From IMG/VR virus record IMGVR_UViG_3300009503_000020, positions 56,718 through 120,717 of that record: a stretch of 64,000 nucleotides of DNA, one strand, 5' to 3'. Origin of the DNA: a virus. The position numbers were made by a program, and so were the translations under genes. Positions 36,267-45,196 of the stretch are shown here, in pieces. The notes beneath the pieces were generated by a model that saw nothing but the letters and a program-made list of their open reading frames with translations, searched no databases and was not told where the DNA came from. Within the stretch, counting starts at the first letter, position 1, and the number at the start of each line of letters is the position of its first letter.

Positions 36267-36530
36267 TTACTCTTCTGTCTCTGCTTTAGCAGCTGAAGTT
36301 GTACGTGGAATTAGATCCTTTAAGATAGCATACCGAACAAGCTCTCCTAGGTGTACTTCTTTAAGTTCCTCTTTTAGAAGTTCTTTATCCACAGGAGGTT
36401 CTTCTTTTGGAGGAGCTTGTTGTTGAGTCTCTCTTTCTAGTTTCATCTTCTCAAGAGCAACTAGAGCTTCAACTGCTTTAGTTAACTCCTTTACCTTCTC
36501 TTCAAGAGACTTATCCTTCTCTTCAGACAT
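36267..36530 (-). CDS. Small acidic coiled-coil protein (scaffold-like)
   Basis: Lies between protease and MCP; E/K-rich helix. Confidence 0.5.
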   Translation of the reverse strand: MSEEKDKSLEEKVKELTKAVEALVALEKMKLERETQQQAPPKEEPPVDKELLKEELKEVHLGELVRYAILKDLIPRTTSAAKAETEE

Positions 36531-36574
36531 TTAAATACCTCTCAGTTGTAAGAATATTTAGAGAAAAGAGGAAT

Positions 36575-38767
36575 TTAAAACTTCTTTTCTTTAGCTAGTT
36601 TGTGAAGGACTTCTGCCCAGTGTTCTTTCAAGTAGGCATAGACTTCTTCTTCACTAGGTTCTTTCTTCTCTTCCTTTGGAGGCTCTTTAGGTGTTTCAAC
36701 TTTAGGCTCTTCTTTCTTTACCTCAGTAGGCTTTGTTTCCTCTTTTGGTACTTCTGTCTTGGGAGGAACTTCTTTCTTGGGTTCCTCTTTCTTAGCTTCC
36801 TCTTTTGGAGGTTCCGCTGGTTTCTTTTCCTCTTTAGGACACTCTTCACAAGGTTTCTCAGTCATTTTCTTTTCCTCAGTAGCTGTACTTTGTGGTTCCT
36901 CCTTTTTAACTGTTTCAGCACTCATCTTTACTTTCTCTGCTAAGGCTTTAGCTTGCTCATCTGGACCTGGAGGAGAAGTTATCCTTTCACCTGGCTTCAT
37001 GTCAGTGAACTCACGTCCACCACTTGGTGCTGTAACGGAAGCAGCTGAGGCAGGAGCAGGATACTTTTCTTTTCCTTCAACAGGGACGCACTTCTGTTCT
37101 TTCTCGTCCCATACTTGTCCTGCTGGGCATTCTTCTTTCTTCTTAGCCTTCTCTTCTTTCTGTTTCTTATATGCCTCTGCACATTCTTTCATTCTTTTAA
37201 CTACTGGCATTGTCTTGCTTTCTTTCATACACTTCTTCATAAAGTCTATATAGTCTGAAGCAAGAGGCAATGCATCAACTAGCTCATCTATTTCTGTATC
37301 ACTAATCTCTGTAGAGTTCTTAACCTCCTCTGATTTCTTTTCAGGATACCCATAATAGGGATAGTATCCTTTTACTTTCTTTTTCTTCTTTAGTTCTTCA
37401 AGGTCTTCCTCAGCTACTTCCATAGCAAAGTCTTGGCCATTTTCCTCGACTAAAGCTACTCCCATTTTCTTTGGATATCTGCCATATGGATAACCATAGT
37501 AGGGATAGTACTCAGAGTACGGATAACCGTAATATGGATAATAGCCATAACCAGGATATCCATAGCCAGGGTAACCATAATAGTAAGCAACTATCTTCTT
37601 TGCTTTCTTGAGTTCAGCCAGCTCATCTTCTGTATCGAACTCTATCTCTTCTCCCTCTTCAGTTATTGCTAGTCCTTTCTTAGTTCTCTTCTTTTCTGGA
37701 TAACCATAGTATGGGTAGCCATAGTAAGGATAGTTTCCTTTGCCATAGTAAGGATAGCCATAATGAGGATAGCCATAATAGCCATAGTAAACTGCTACAA
37801 CCTTCTTCCCTTTCTTTCTTAGAGCCTCAACCTCTTCAGGAGATTCGACTTCAAACAATGCATAGAGAGACTTCTTCTCTGGTTTCTTGACCTTGCCTTT
37901 TGGTTTGCCATAGTATGGGTAATAAGGATAGTATGGATAGTGTGGATATGGATATTTCTTTCCATAAGGATATGGATATCCATAGCCATAGTAGTAGCTT
38001 ACTATCTTCTTAGCCAACTCAGCATCAAAGTCTGCAAGTGAATCAGCTTCAACAACAGCATACATCTTTGGTTTCTCTATTTCAGAGAGATCTATTTCCT
38101 CTTCCTCTAGCTCTGCAATAATCTCTTCCTTTTCTTCTGACATATCTTTCACTTCTGTTGTAGTTACTTGAGAACTTTCAATATTTAAGTCTTCTTTCTT
38201 TCCTTGGTTTAATTGCTTGGAAAGCTCTTCAACAGCAAAGATAAAACACTTTTCACATGCTGGATTCCTAACCAAGGAAAGTTCATTGAATAGGAAATTA
38301 AAACCTATACTCTGTTCCTCATTAATTGGAAACTTGTCTATCCAAGTAGAACAGGAGACAGCAGGAAACGTTCCATTCTTTACTAACTTAATAGCTTCAG
38401 GGTCAGTTACTTCTGCTTGGAAGACAATAGACTTAAGTGTCTTATCATAATAAGCTTTAGTTACTTTACCTACATCTCTTGCTAAGAAGAGAGAATCCTG
38501 ACCATGTTCTACTTTAAGAGGTTTACCAACTAATCTGTCTGCAGCCTTCTGTATCTCATCTGCTGGATAAAATACATTCTTCCAGATGCCTTCAGCAAGA
38601 GCTATCCCAGTAATCATCAGTTTACCCTCTTTCTCTTCTAATGAGAAGAATGGAGCTGCAGATAGTATTACTTCTTCTTTAGTGATGTCCTTTGCTTCTC
38701 TAATCCTCTTCTCTAGTTCTTCACTTTCAGCTCTTAACTCTTCAAAGATACCAGAGTTATCTACCAT
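36575..38767 (-). CDS. Prohead protease-scaffold fusion with Tyr-rich repeats
   Basis: N-terminal caudoviral protease (GIALAEG, LKVEH, VGKV, PAVS, ELSLVRNPAC), then four Y/G/P-rich units and a PKEE-rich tail. Confidence 0.8.
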   Translation of the reverse strand: MVDNSGIFEELRAESEELEKRIREAKDITKEEVILSAAPFFSLEEKEGKLMITGIALAEGIWKNVFYPADEIQKAADRLVGKPLKVEHGQDSLFLARDVGKVTKAYYDKTLKSIVFQAEVTDPEAIKLVKNGTFPAVSCSTWIDKFPINEEQSIGFNFLFNELSLVRNPACEKCFIFAVEELSKQLNQGKKEDLNIESSQVTTTEVKDMSEEKEEIIAELEEEEIDLSEIEKPKMYAVVEADSLADFDAELAKKIVSYYYGYGYPYPYGKKYPYPHYPYYPYYPYYGKPKGKVKKPEKKSLYALFEVESPEEVEALRKKGKKVVAVYYGYYGYPHYGYPYYGKGNYPYYGYPYYGYPEKKRTKKGLAITEEGEEIEFDTEDELAELKKAKKIVAYYYGYPGYGYPGYGYYPYYGYPYSEYYPYYGYPYGRYPKKMGVALVEENGQDFAMEVAEEDLEELKKKKKVKGYYPYYGYPEKKSEEVKNSTEISDTEIDELVDALPLASDYIDFMKKCMKESKTMPVVKRMKECAEAYKKQKEEKAKKKEECPAGQVWDEKEQKCVPVEGKEKYPAPASAASVTAPSGGREFTDMKPGERITSPPGPDEQAKALAEKVKMSAETVKKEEPQSTATEEKKMTEKPCEECPKEEKKPAEPPKEEAKKEEPKKEVPPKTEVPKEETKPTEVKKEEPKVETPKEPPKEEKKEPSEEEVYAYLKEHWAEVLHKLAKEKKF
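37340..38075 (-). repeat. Four tandem units of acidic/basic linker plus (Y/G/P)n low-complexity segment
   Basis: KKIVSYYYGYGYPYPYG..., KKVVAVYYGYYGYPHYGYPYYG..., KKIVAYYYGYPGYGYPGYG..., KKVKGYYPYYGYP. Confidence 0.9.
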
Positions 38768-38801
38768 AAAGCATCACTACCTAAGAGTTCCTCTCTTCTA
38801 T

Positions 38802-38809
38802 ATTTAAAG
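38802..38809 (-). promoter_or_regulatory. Archaeal TATA box (CTTTAAAT) upstream of the protease gene
   Basis: The same or a near-identical motif occurs about 30-45 nt upstream of starts at 44811, 42621, 36255, 32681 and 63177 (- strand) and 5195, 7798 and 23410 (+ strand). Confidence 0.6.
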
Positions 38810-39286
38810 TTACTCTTCACCATTCTCATCTTCAAGTATCTCCCAGAGCATTTTCTTAAAGTCTTTCTTACCCTCACACTCGACTGAGAGTTTGAAAGGA
38901 GAAACTAGACTTCCAGATATAGGAATAGACTTAGATATCTTGTTAACTACATCTCCAGTTATCTGGTATTTCTCTGCAGTTGATTTGAAAGGAGTACCTA
39001 TTGTGGGTGTTTTAATTTGAACAGGAACTACTAAGTCTCCTCTAACTGGGGTTGAAGTTTCTTTCCTTTCAAAAGGATTTCCAGTCACATGGACAGGAAG
39101 CTGAAGAGGAGTAAACGGAGAACCTACTACTTGCACTTGAAAGAGTACTGCCTTTCTTCTTTTAGGTATGAATCTCTTAACTACTTCAATTATCTTCTTA
39201 ATTATCTTCTTCCAGAACTTCATCCTAAAAGGGTCTGCTACTAGGTAGTTACCCCAGGGTTCTCCCATACCTTTACTCAATGACAT
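38810..39286 (-). CDS. Hypothetical protein with short beta-repeats
   Basis: Recurring V/I-x-G-x-P/L units (VVGSP, VTGNP, VRGDL, TIGTP, ITGDV, ISGSL). Confidence 0.55.
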   Translation of the reverse strand: MSLSKGMGEPWGNYLVADPFRMKFWKKIIKKIIEVVKRFIPKRRKAVLFQVQVVGSPFTPLQLPVHVTGNPFERKETSTPVRGDLVVPVQIKTPTIGTPFKSTAEKYQITGDVVNKISKSIPISGSLVSPFKLSVECEGKKDFKKMLWEILEDENGEE

Positions 39287-39897
39287 TACGGTACCTCAGG
39301 AATAATCTCTATAACATTACCATCTGAGTCTTTAATCATCTTGTACCTGTAAACAACAGTCCCAGTCTCATCCTTGTATAGGATATAATCCCCTTCAATT
39401 ACTCTATGTAGAATATCGTGTTGCTTGACAACAGTTAGATCTTGTTTAATTGGTTGTCCTGTTTGCTGTTCAACTAGGCTAGCTATGTCTTCTTTATCTT
39501 GTTGAGTAACTCCAGAACCTGTCACTGAGATTATACCTTGACTAGATACTTGGAATACCCACTGAACTTCTCCAGAGTCTGGAGGAACAGTTCTTGGATA
39601 AGGATTGCCTTCTTGGTCTAGAGCAATAATTGTTCCCACAACTGAAAGAGTATAAGTTCCTGGATAAGGTTTAAGTTTCCAACCATTGATTAAGATAAAG
39701 ATCTTGTCTGTATAGGCTCCTCCTCCCAAGTTAGCATACCCTGTAGATGACATTGGGACATCGTATCCCATAGCCTCTGGACTGTCAGCCCAATCCATGG
39801 CTTCGTTGTAGATAGTCTGAGCTGTAATAGTGTAGTTTTGTCCACTTAAGTCTGGAAGTTTAATCCACTTGTTTACAGGATCAAATTCTATAGGCAT
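39286..39897 (-). CDS. Putative virion protein, N-terminus paralogous to 42635..44776
   Basis: Start MPIEFDPVNK with a GAGGTGA RBS; shares the D.VNK.I...Y....D..D...M..D.PM motif. Confidence 0.6.
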   Translation of the reverse strand: MPIEFDPVNKWIKLPDLSGQNYTITAQTIYNEAMDWADSPEAMGYDVPMSSTGYANLGGGAYTDKIFILINGWKLKPYPGTYTLSVVGTIIALDQEGNPYPRTVPPDSGEVQWVFQVSSQGIISVTGSGVTQQDKEDIASLVEQQTGQPIKQDLTVVKQHDILHRVIEGDYILYKDETGTVVYRYKMIKDSDGNVIEIIPEVP

Positions 39898-39907
39898 ATT
39901 ATTCACC

Positions 39908-42190
39908 TCATGGGTTGTAGTTTGGATCTGGCAACCATACAGCAGACACATCTAAACCATTTGAGGTAATTGTAGCTTCAGCTTCAAATGGTAACCATCC
40001 TTTCTCTCTAGCTCTAATTATCACTGTTGTATCTCCTGTATAGTTGTAAGTTGTTGAAGCCTTATAGTAGCCTGAATTCAGTTCATCAGTCTCTGTAGCA
40101 TCTTTGTTCATTATTTCTGTCATATCTGATTTCTTGTATATAGCTACTCTAACATACTCTGAAGGTTCATTTCCTGTCTTAACATGTCTTACAGTTAGAG
40201 TTACAGCATTGTTGATAACAGTTGTTCCTCCGCCTGTATTGATGTAAGTAGTAGGATTAGATCCGTTAATACAGTTAATAGTCACTAGTCCAGAACTTGC
40301 ATTCTCTATATCATAAGTATTACCAGAGAACTTTAAGTTGTCAAATGTATATGTTCCTGCAGATGTTATCTTGATTGCTCTTGTGTTGTTCTGAAACTGA
40401 CAATTCTTAATATTGTTCATTTCAGATACAGAGTTAACAGTCAGAGCAACAGTAGAGGTTCCTGATTTAAAAGTACAGTTTTCTATTGAGGCTCCAGAAG
40501 CAGATATTTCATCACACTGTTGGAAAGTAACTCCATGGATAGGAATATTAGCAACTAGTTGAACAGTCCCAGCATTAATAATAACAAGACCAGAGAAGTC
40601 ATAAGTGGCACTAGTCGAAGAACTAGAGTGTATTTTCCAGTGATATTTTGATGAGCTTGAGATAACTGAGTTTCTATGTATTATTGTGTCATTAGCTCCT
40701 GCATAGTATGTTATCCCAGAATAGTTTGGAACAGAACAATAGTATGTCTGTCTTGCAGCTAAGTTGTATATTTCTGGAAACTCTATAGCAGTTGATTCTA
40801 ACTTCAAATAAACTGGATTTGTTCCTCCATTTCCTATCTGGATTGGTTGTACAAATAATGCTTGGTTCTTTCCCTGAAGCAGTGCACTTATTCTCTCATG
40901 TCCATCAGCTACAGTCTTAACTATATCTTCTAACGTGACGGGTCTTGTAGAGCAACCTCCAGCTACGACAGTAGTATCGGAAATCCAAATCATTGTCCAA
41001 GTCCAGTCTGAAGATACTAGGTAACCACAAGTGAAGAATCCAAATATTTTAGTTAAAGTTTTATCAAATGTTCCCCTGGTATCTATTACTCCAGAAGTGT
41101 TTTGTTCATTTATGATTATAGGAACTCGTTTTACACCCCAAGGTGTGAATGCTCCGTGAACATGCCATACCATACCATTGTCTGCTGAAGATGCCATCCC
41201 AACCTCTATGCCCTTTCCTAAAGCAGTGTCGTAAACAGTCTGAATGTCTGCTGGAACTAATGGCATAGCATGAACCAATACATTCTTCCCAGTAACATTT
41301 ACCCTGTTAGCATCTGCTAAAACAAGGGTTGCTCCTTGATAGGTATTAGCTGTTGTTGGACCAGTCATTCCACCACAAGAACGGTATGTGTTTATACCAT
41401 AGTCTGTCTTTGCTGAGGCAGTAGCGTTAGCTAATGTTCTACTAGCAAGTGGAGAAGTCCAATATGTTGTAGCTGTTCCTGCAAATGCTGTGTTTCCATT
41501 GTATGCTGTTGTTCCATGTATTGGGTCAACGAAAATTGAATTGTCTGAAGCTGTGTATGCTGGAATTCTCGTTGCTCCAGTAGATGGTGGATTTACTACC
41601 ACAGTAGCTAACACTCCATTATAAGTTGTCCCAGTTACATTAGAAACAATGTTGGAAGGAGTGCTTCCAGAGCTTACTTGAAAGCCCCAAGATATATGGT
41701 CAGAATGAGCAGAACCGTCTTTAGCACAAAGTTGAAAAACAGGACCTTCAATAATTGACGGAATCACTGCTGTCGAACCATGACATCCACAGTAGATTAT
41801 GAGAGAATTGTTTCTTGTAGCTGTTGTAGTAGGCATATTCTGTCTTGCTGCAGTTCTGTTAGCTGTAGCATAGTTGGCTATTGGAGATGAAGTATCTACG
41901 TCTCTAATACTTAGGATAGCTGCATTAGCTGTCTCAGCAGTTGTGTATGTAAAAGTGTAGTTGTCTGGTTCAGATGAACCTGCAATCTTATACATCACAG
42001 CAAGATTAGACGTATTTGTTACACTAAACAACTGTGTCCATCCTGAACACGACCATGTTTGAGTTCCAGTATCTGTTGATAAAATAGCTAAAAGTAAATC
42101 TCCTCCTTGGCATTGAGGACGAGGACAATCAATAGTTGTGGCTGTAGTGGATGTATTATAGTTAAATGTCCAATCTATTACTTCTGGCAA
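39908..42190 (-). CDS. Large Thr/Ser/Asn-rich virion protein with a beta-helix segment
   Basis: IENCTF...IKNCQFQNNTRAI repeats; adhesin-like composition. Confidence 0.6.
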   Translation of the reverse strand: MPEVIDWTFNYNTSTTATTIDCPRPQCQGGDLLLAILSTDTGTQTWSCSGWTQLFSVTNTSNLAVMYKIAGSSEPDNYTFTYTTAETANAAILSIRDVDTSSPIANYATANRTAARQNMPTTTATRNNSLIIYCGCHGSTAVIPSIIEGPVFQLCAKDGSAHSDHISWGFQVSSGSTPSNIVSNVTGTTYNGVLATVVVNPPSTGATRIPAYTASDNSIFVDPIHGTTAYNGNTAFAGTATTYWTSPLASRTLANATASAKTDYGINTYRSCGGMTGPTTANTYQGATLVLADANRVNVTGKNVLVHAMPLVPADIQTVYDTALGKGIEVGMASSADNGMVWHVHGAFTPWGVKRVPIIINEQNTSGVIDTRGTFDKTLTKIFGFFTCGYLVSSDWTWTMIWISDTTVVAGGCSTRPVTLEDIVKTVADGHERISALLQGKNQALFVQPIQIGNGGTNPVYLKLESTAIEFPEIYNLAARQTYYCSVPNYSGITYYAGANDTIIHRNSVISSSSKYHWKIHSSSSTSATYDFSGLVIINAGTVQLVANIPIHGVTFQQCDEISASGASIENCTFKSGTSTVALTVNSVSEMNNIKNCQFQNNTRAIKITSAGTYTFDNLKFSGNTYDIENASSGLVTINCINGSNPTTYINTGGGTTVINNAVTLTVRHVKTGNEPSEYVRVAIYKKSDMTEIMNKDATETDELNSGYYKASTTYNYTGDTTVIIRAREKGWLPFEAEATITSNGLDVSAVWLPDPNYNP

Positions 42191-42366
42191 GATTCAGCAT
42201 CCTCAACTTCAACTTTAACAACTTTAGCAGGAGTTTTACAGCTTGCAAAATAGATGAATCTACCATCCAAATTATCAAAGAACTGCTTAAGTGCTTCTTC
42301 TTTCTCATCATCAGACAAGAGTCTACCAGCATTAACCTCTAGAGTAACTTTGACTTTTATTTGCAT
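42178..42366 (-). CDS. Hypothetical protein
   Basis: 62-aa ORF contiguous with neighbours. Confidence 0.45.
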   Translation of the reverse strand: MQIKVKVTLEVNAGRLLSDDEKEEALKQFFDNLDGRFIYFASCKTPAKVVKVEVEDAESCQK

Positions 42367-42576
42367 TTATTTCACCTCTACTTTAGGATTATATCGTTTA
42401 AAGTCTTCAATAGGATACCACTCTTTCCACACTCTACCAGTCTTGCCTTTGATTACAACTTCTACATACTCTTTAGTAGTAGCTACTCCTCCGTTAACAG
42501 CATCTGTTATCTGTTGAGTCATTCTCTTTACTGAGAGTACTTCTCTTTCTTTGCCATTGATGTCAATTATTTTCAT
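42367..42576 (-). CDS. Hypothetical protein
   Basis: 69-aa ORF after a TATA-like box at 42621. Confidence 0.55.
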   Translation of the reverse strand: MKIIDINGKEREVLSVKRMTQQITDAVNGGVATTKEYVEVVIKGKTGRVWKEWYPIEDFKRYNPKVEVK

Positions 42577-42634
42577 GTATTAGCCTCTAGTATCCTTTAA
42601 CAATAGTATAAAAAGAAGAATTTAAGGTTTAGGT

Positions 42635-44776
42635 CTAAGATACTATGCTGTCTACTGTTCTGATAGCTGTAATTGTTGTTGTACCATCAGCAAATGAACC
42701 TGAAACTTGGAATGGAATATATCCTTTCTTTCTTACTCTGCAGACTATATACTTTGTTGAGCCAGAGTATTTAACAGTGACTTCTGCATTTCCACTTGCA
42801 TTTGCTAGACCATCTATGTAAGGTACATAAGCTCTATCTCCTGAATCATAAGCTCTTGCAGTAGAACCTGAAATGTAGAATCTTTTCTCTGTCCTGTTTA
42901 TTGAAGTGTATGTGTAGATGTCTTCTCCTTCTGTTCCTAAGCCATAGTCATAGACAACTCTGATTACTCCTGTACTTGGACAATCATCTGCAGGTGTAGT
43001 AGTAACTTCCACATAGCTTAGACCAGAGCCTTGACTAGCTAAAGTGTATTGATTTCTTTTGATTGTAGTTGAACCTGAACTTGTTGTCTCACAAACTAAG
43101 ACTCTATCAACACTAGGAATGCAGCCAACAACTCTGATAGTTGAACTTAGTGGTGGATTCTGAGTTGTATTATTAGCATCAATTAATGAATACATAATAG
43201 CATCTAAACCAGAGACATTCTGTATCCAGATACCTCTAGCACCGAAGAACTTGCCACCAGCGAATGTACCATATGGAGAAGCTTTCTTTATTTGAGTATA
43301 GGTTGTGTTCGCTGTCTGATAGAATTCACCATTGTACTTATACACAGTGTCTGTTCCATTAGTAGGATAGCATGTTATTGTAGATGTCCTTCTAGTTACT
43401 GCTTTTACAAACTCATATAGGTTAGCTACTCTTTCTCCACCTAAGTCAATGACTACATTGTAAGGTTGAGGACCATTGCCATTGTCCAAGTCCTTATTTA
43501 TTGTGCAAGCAAAAGAAACTGTTCCAGAAGCTGTTGCAGTCCAAGTCTCAGAAGTTAAAGTACCATTTGCAGTTGCTGAACCATTAGTTGAGCCAGTAAG
43601 AGTCTCATTGTCTTGGAATGTTCCAGTGATGTTAGTTAGGAATAAAATACCTTCAGTACCTGTTCCTTGTGGATCCTGGATAACTCTCCTCAATGTTCCT
43701 GTAGCACCAGAAGAACCTCCAGTTATTGTCTGTCCTAGAGTTGTGAACAGAGCTGTTTGAGCATCAAATTTGAGTTCTCTGCATTGTTCTAGAGTCTCTC
43801 CATTGGAGAATGTACCTTCTATATTAGCAAGAGTAAGTGTGCCTGAGCTTCCTGAAGGTGCATTAAGGACAAAAGCTGTTGCATGACTTGTTTGCCCATG
43901 AACTACTCTGTGTGCAACAATTGTTCCAGAACCAGCAGTAAATGCTAACTGACCATTTACGTGCATGATCCTTATTGTATCCATGTAATTAAGAACAGTA
44001 GCCTCTACAGTTTGGTTGTCTAAGTCATTTGCTGTAGCCAAAGGCACAGCGTTTCTACCACCAGCAGATAAGTCAATCTCATAATTGTCATACAAGTCAG
44101 TATAGACACGAGCATAGACTGTTACCACTGCACCACCTATCGGAGCACCAAATTCTTTGACTTTTATCAAGATGTCTATATGTTGTTCTCCCCACCAGTC
44201 TGGAGCTATCTTAGAACCTGCTTGGTAGATGTATATCTTTGTACCAGACTCAATTGTACCTAAGGTATACAGGTTAGCAAATAAATCATCTCCTGTGTTG
44301 TCAAAGTCAGAAGAAGTACCTGCACCAGTTCCAGCAGTTATTGTCATTGCAGAACCATTAACTACTGTTTGTGTAGTTCTAACCCACCATTTCCTTGTAG
44401 TATTGTTGTAAGCTAAAAGAGCACCAATCTCTACACCATCATCTTTTACTTGCTTAGTTATGTCTGAAGGAACACAGTTAGTATAACCTGAAGATGAGAG
44501 AGTGATTAGGGCTATCTGTGCATTGTCTCTAGTTTGGGTGATAGCACCTTCTTTCAAATAGTGTGTGGACTCATCATCAATAAACCAGTTGTTTACAATA
44601 GTGTAAGCATTAGGTGTTTGAGCAGTCATAGGTATATCATCATCCATAGCTCCTTGTTCATCAAAGGTATCCATTAACCATGAGTAGAGTTGGTTAACAG
44701 TGTAAACTGAAGTTCCAGAGCTGTGATAAATCCTCTTGTTCACATAATCTATTGACCAATCATCACCAATAGCCAT
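42635..44776 (-). CDS. Large putative virion protein
   Basis: Thr/Gly-rich, internal repeat FSNGETL / FQDNETLTG; TATA box at 44811. Confidence 0.6.
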   Translation of the reverse strand: MAIGDDWSIDYVNKRIYHSSGTSVYTVNQLYSWLMDTFDEQGAMDDDIPMTAQTPNAYTIVNNWFIDDESTHYLKEGAITQTRDNAQIALITLSSSGYTNCVPSDITKQVKDDGVEIGALLAYNNTTRKWWVRTTQTVVNGSAMTITAGTGAGTSSDFDNTGDDLFANLYTLGTIESGTKIYIYQAGSKIAPDWWGEQHIDILIKVKEFGAPIGGAVVTVYARVYTDLYDNYEIDLSAGGRNAVPLATANDLDNQTVEATVLNYMDTIRIMHVNGQLAFTAGSGTIVAHRVVHGQTSHATAFVLNAPSGSSGTLTLANIEGTFSNGETLEQCRELKFDAQTALFTTLGQTITGGSSGATGTLRRVIQDPQGTGTEGILFLTNITGTFQDNETLTGSTNGSATANGTLTSETWTATASGTVSFACTINKDLDNGNGPQPYNVVIDLGGERVANLYEFVKAVTRRTSTITCYPTNGTDTVYKYNGEFYQTANTTYTQIKKASPYGTFAGGKFFGARGIWIQNVSGLDAIMYSLIDANNTTQNPPLSSTIRVVGCIPSVDRVLVCETTSSGSTTIKRNQYTLASQGSGLSYVEVTTTPADDCPSTGVIRVVYDYGLGTEGEDIYTYTSINRTEKRFYISGSTARAYDSGDRAYVPYIDGLANASGNAEVTVKYSGSTKYIVCRVRKKGYIPFQVSGSFADGTTTITAIRTVDSIVS

Positions 44777-44833
44777 ATTACTCACTACCCTTTCTACTTC
44801 TCAGTTTCTTATTTAAAGCTAACCTGAACACAT

Positions 44834-45196
44834 TCATTTCGTTACCTCCTTAGCTATTGCCTCTTCAGCCAAGTAAATCTCTTCCCCTCTAATTACCAAA
44901 TCAAGGACTAGTGCTCTTTTGAAGTGTGGAGAAGGTCTCCATTTAAGCACGAGAGGTTCTACCTTTCCAGGTTGGATAGTTACTGGACCACGAACCTCAA
45001 GAATTTCTGTAGGAGGTAGATTAGGAAATTCATAGACGAGATTAGAGAGTACAGCCTTAGAGTCATTCTCTAAATAAACAGTAATAGTCTTCTCATGTCC
45101 TACTTCTACTTTACCAAAGTTGATTCGTTGAAGAGGGATCTTCTTATCAGGATCTGCCCAGATTAACATCTTTAACTCTCCTGTGCCTTCAGCCAC
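44834..45196 (-). CDS. Ig-like beta-sandwich protein (ASH/MSP-like)
   Basis: INFGKVEVG...ITVYLEN...TIQPG...LVLKWRP. Confidence 0.5.
   Translation of the reverse strand: MAEGTGELKMLIWADPDKKIPLQRINFGKVEVGHEKTITVYLENDSKAVLSNLVYEFPNLPPTEILEVRGPVTIQPGKVEPLVLKWRPSPHFKRALVLDLVIRGEEIYLAEEAIAKEVTK

Noticed and set aside
36602-37182. Alternative-frame - strand ORFs overlapping the scaffold tail
   Set aside because: By-products of the low-complexity E/K/P-coding sequence, with no independent coding signal.
37340-38075. Nucleotide repeats (ccatagta/ggatagcc) as a possible CRISPR array
   Set aside because: Units are irregular, codon-phased and encode Tyr/Gly/Pro; there are no constant repeats with unique spacers and no cas genes.
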